Source: Candidatus Kaiserbacteria bacterium (lineage in GTDB: Bacteria; Patescibacteriota; Minisyncoccia; Phycocordibacterales; UBA2100). From it: DNA of 64,000 bases. The notes beneath the pieces are model-generated. The model was not told where the DNA came from. It saw nothing but the letters and a program-made list of their open reading frames with translations, and did no database searches. Where the stretch lies: positions 35,272 through 99,271 of the forward strand of contig JACPLD010000002.1 of assembly GCA_016186765.1 (NCBI GenBank), written 5' to 3'. Of this stretch, positions 62,919 through 64,000 are shown in pieces. How positions within the stretch are numbered: position 1 is the first letter of the stretch; every line of letters begins with the position of its first letter. The position numbers were made by a program, and so were the translations under genes.

Positions 62919-64000
62919 TCAGAATTCCCGTGCTCGGTATTGGAGCGCCTCTAACATGTGTATCGGCTCGATTGTCTCGCTTCCGGCGAGGTCAGCGACG
63001 GTGCGCGCGAGTTTAATGGTGCGGTGATAGCCGCGCGGCGAGAGTTTCATTTGTCGCGCCGCTCCTATGAGTGCGGCTTCGGCTTTATCGGAGAGTCTTG
63101 CGAGCGTTTCGATATGCTTCGGCTTCATGTCGGCGTTCGTGAATATCGCGGTACCTTTGAAACGGTCGCGTTGTCTCTTTCGCGCCCCTGCAATTGCTTC
63201 CCGCGAGGCTTTCGTTTGGGTTTCTCTACCTGCTCTATACTTTCTGTTCACTGTTAGCTGCTCTGGCGGCATCTCGCCGACGTGTACCCACATGTCGATG
63301 CGGTCTGCAACGGGTCCCGATATCTTGCGGCGGTACTTATCTATTGCGTACGGCAAGCACTTGCACCTTGCGCCTCCCCAAAAGCCGCAGGGACACGGAT
63401 TCAAAGCCGCGATGAGCATGAAGTTCGCGGGAAATGTGACCGAGCCTTTTGCGCGCGAAATGGAGACGACCCTGTCTTCTAAGGGCTCGCGCAGGGCATT
63501 TATGACGTCGCGGTGGAACTCGGGGAACTCGTCCGCAAAAAGGACGCCGCGGTGCGCGAGCGTCACTTCGCCCGGGCGGATGAGAGAGGATCCCCCGCCG
63601 ATGAGAGAGGCGTACGAAGAAGTGTGGTGCGGCGAGCGAAAAGGGGGCCTCTCCATAGGGCCGCCCGCGAGCGTCCCGGCGAGCGAATGGATCGTCGTTA
63701 CCTCGACCATCTCTTCTTCGGAGAGGTCGGGCAAGATTGCTGCGGTAGCCCGCGCGAGCAGGGTTTTGCCGGTGCCGGGCGGACCGTAGAGCGCGATGTT
63801 GTGGCCGCCGGAAGCGGCGATCACAAGCCCGCGCTTCGCATCCTCCTGCCCGCGTATCTCGTCGAGCGCGGCGTCATCTTGCATACCGCGGCGCACCCTC
63901 CGCACCCGTGGAATCTCTCTATGATCTCCATTTTCGAGCAGCGCAAGCAGGTGCTCGAGCGAAGCGACCGCATGGATCCGGAGGCCTGATACGAGCGATG
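62919..64000 (-). CDS. comM: ComM/YifB Mg-chelatase-like ATPase, 5' end outside window
   Basis: IRGQEDAKR, GPPGTGKT, FRSPHH, PGEVTLAHRGVLF.DE, NPCPCG, EALQYR; frame open to window edge. Confidence 0.93.
   Translation of the reverse strand, partial: SLVSGLRIHAVASLEHLLALLENGDHREIPRVRRVRRGMQDDAALDEIRGQEDAKRGLVIAASGGHNIALYGPPGTGKTLLARATAAILPDLSEEEMVEVTTIHSLAGTLAGGPMERPPFRSPHHTSSYASLIGGGSSLIRPGEVTLAHRGVLFADEFPEFHRDVINALREPLEDRVVSISRAKGSVTFPANFMLIAALNPCPCGFWGGARCKCLPYAIDKYRRKISGPVADRIDMWVHVGEMPPEQLTVNRKYRAGRETQTKASREAIAGARKRQRDRFKGTAIFTNADMKPKHIETLARLSDKAEAALIGAARQMKLSPRGYHRTIKLARTVADLAGSETIEPIHMLEALQYRAREF

Noticed and set aside
63905-64000. Truncated or frameshifted comM
   Set aside because: The frame stays open to the window edge (SLVSGLRIHAVASLEHLL...), so the short ORF call is an edge artefact.

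Overview
This is a gene-dense chromosomal segment around the replication origin (dnaN-oriC-dnaA-rpmH-rnpA-yidC-jag). Gene content and style point to a Patescibacteria/CPR (Parcubacteria-like) genome; this is an inference from the pilM/N/O and PilB genes, a minimal VirB4/VirB6/PrgI cluster, N-terminally short MurE, tRNAs lacking encoded CCA and apparently leaderless genes. It holds about 68 CDSs, mostly housekeeping, type IV pilus and surface proteins, and 7 tRNAs. The most striking signal is non-coding. A four-helix-bundle (IVS-protein/Avd-like) gene at 49307-49687 is bracketed by inverted arms of tandem 7-mers (CAGnGAA/TTCnCTG). The same arms recur without the gene at 38535-38621, and about ten more period-7 arrays are scattered through the window, suggesting an undescribed cargo-plus-miniature element family. 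Also notable: a Y1/HUH (RAYT-like) transposase with three identical flanking or dispersed palindromes, palindromic repeats inserted in frame in murE/holA/purA, two HTH-LAGLIDADG genes abutting tRNAs, structured 3' trailers on both tRNA-Arg genes, a tRNA-His with non-canonical D/T loops, and several candidate structured ncRNAs. All product calls come from motif recognition by eye; no database searches were run.
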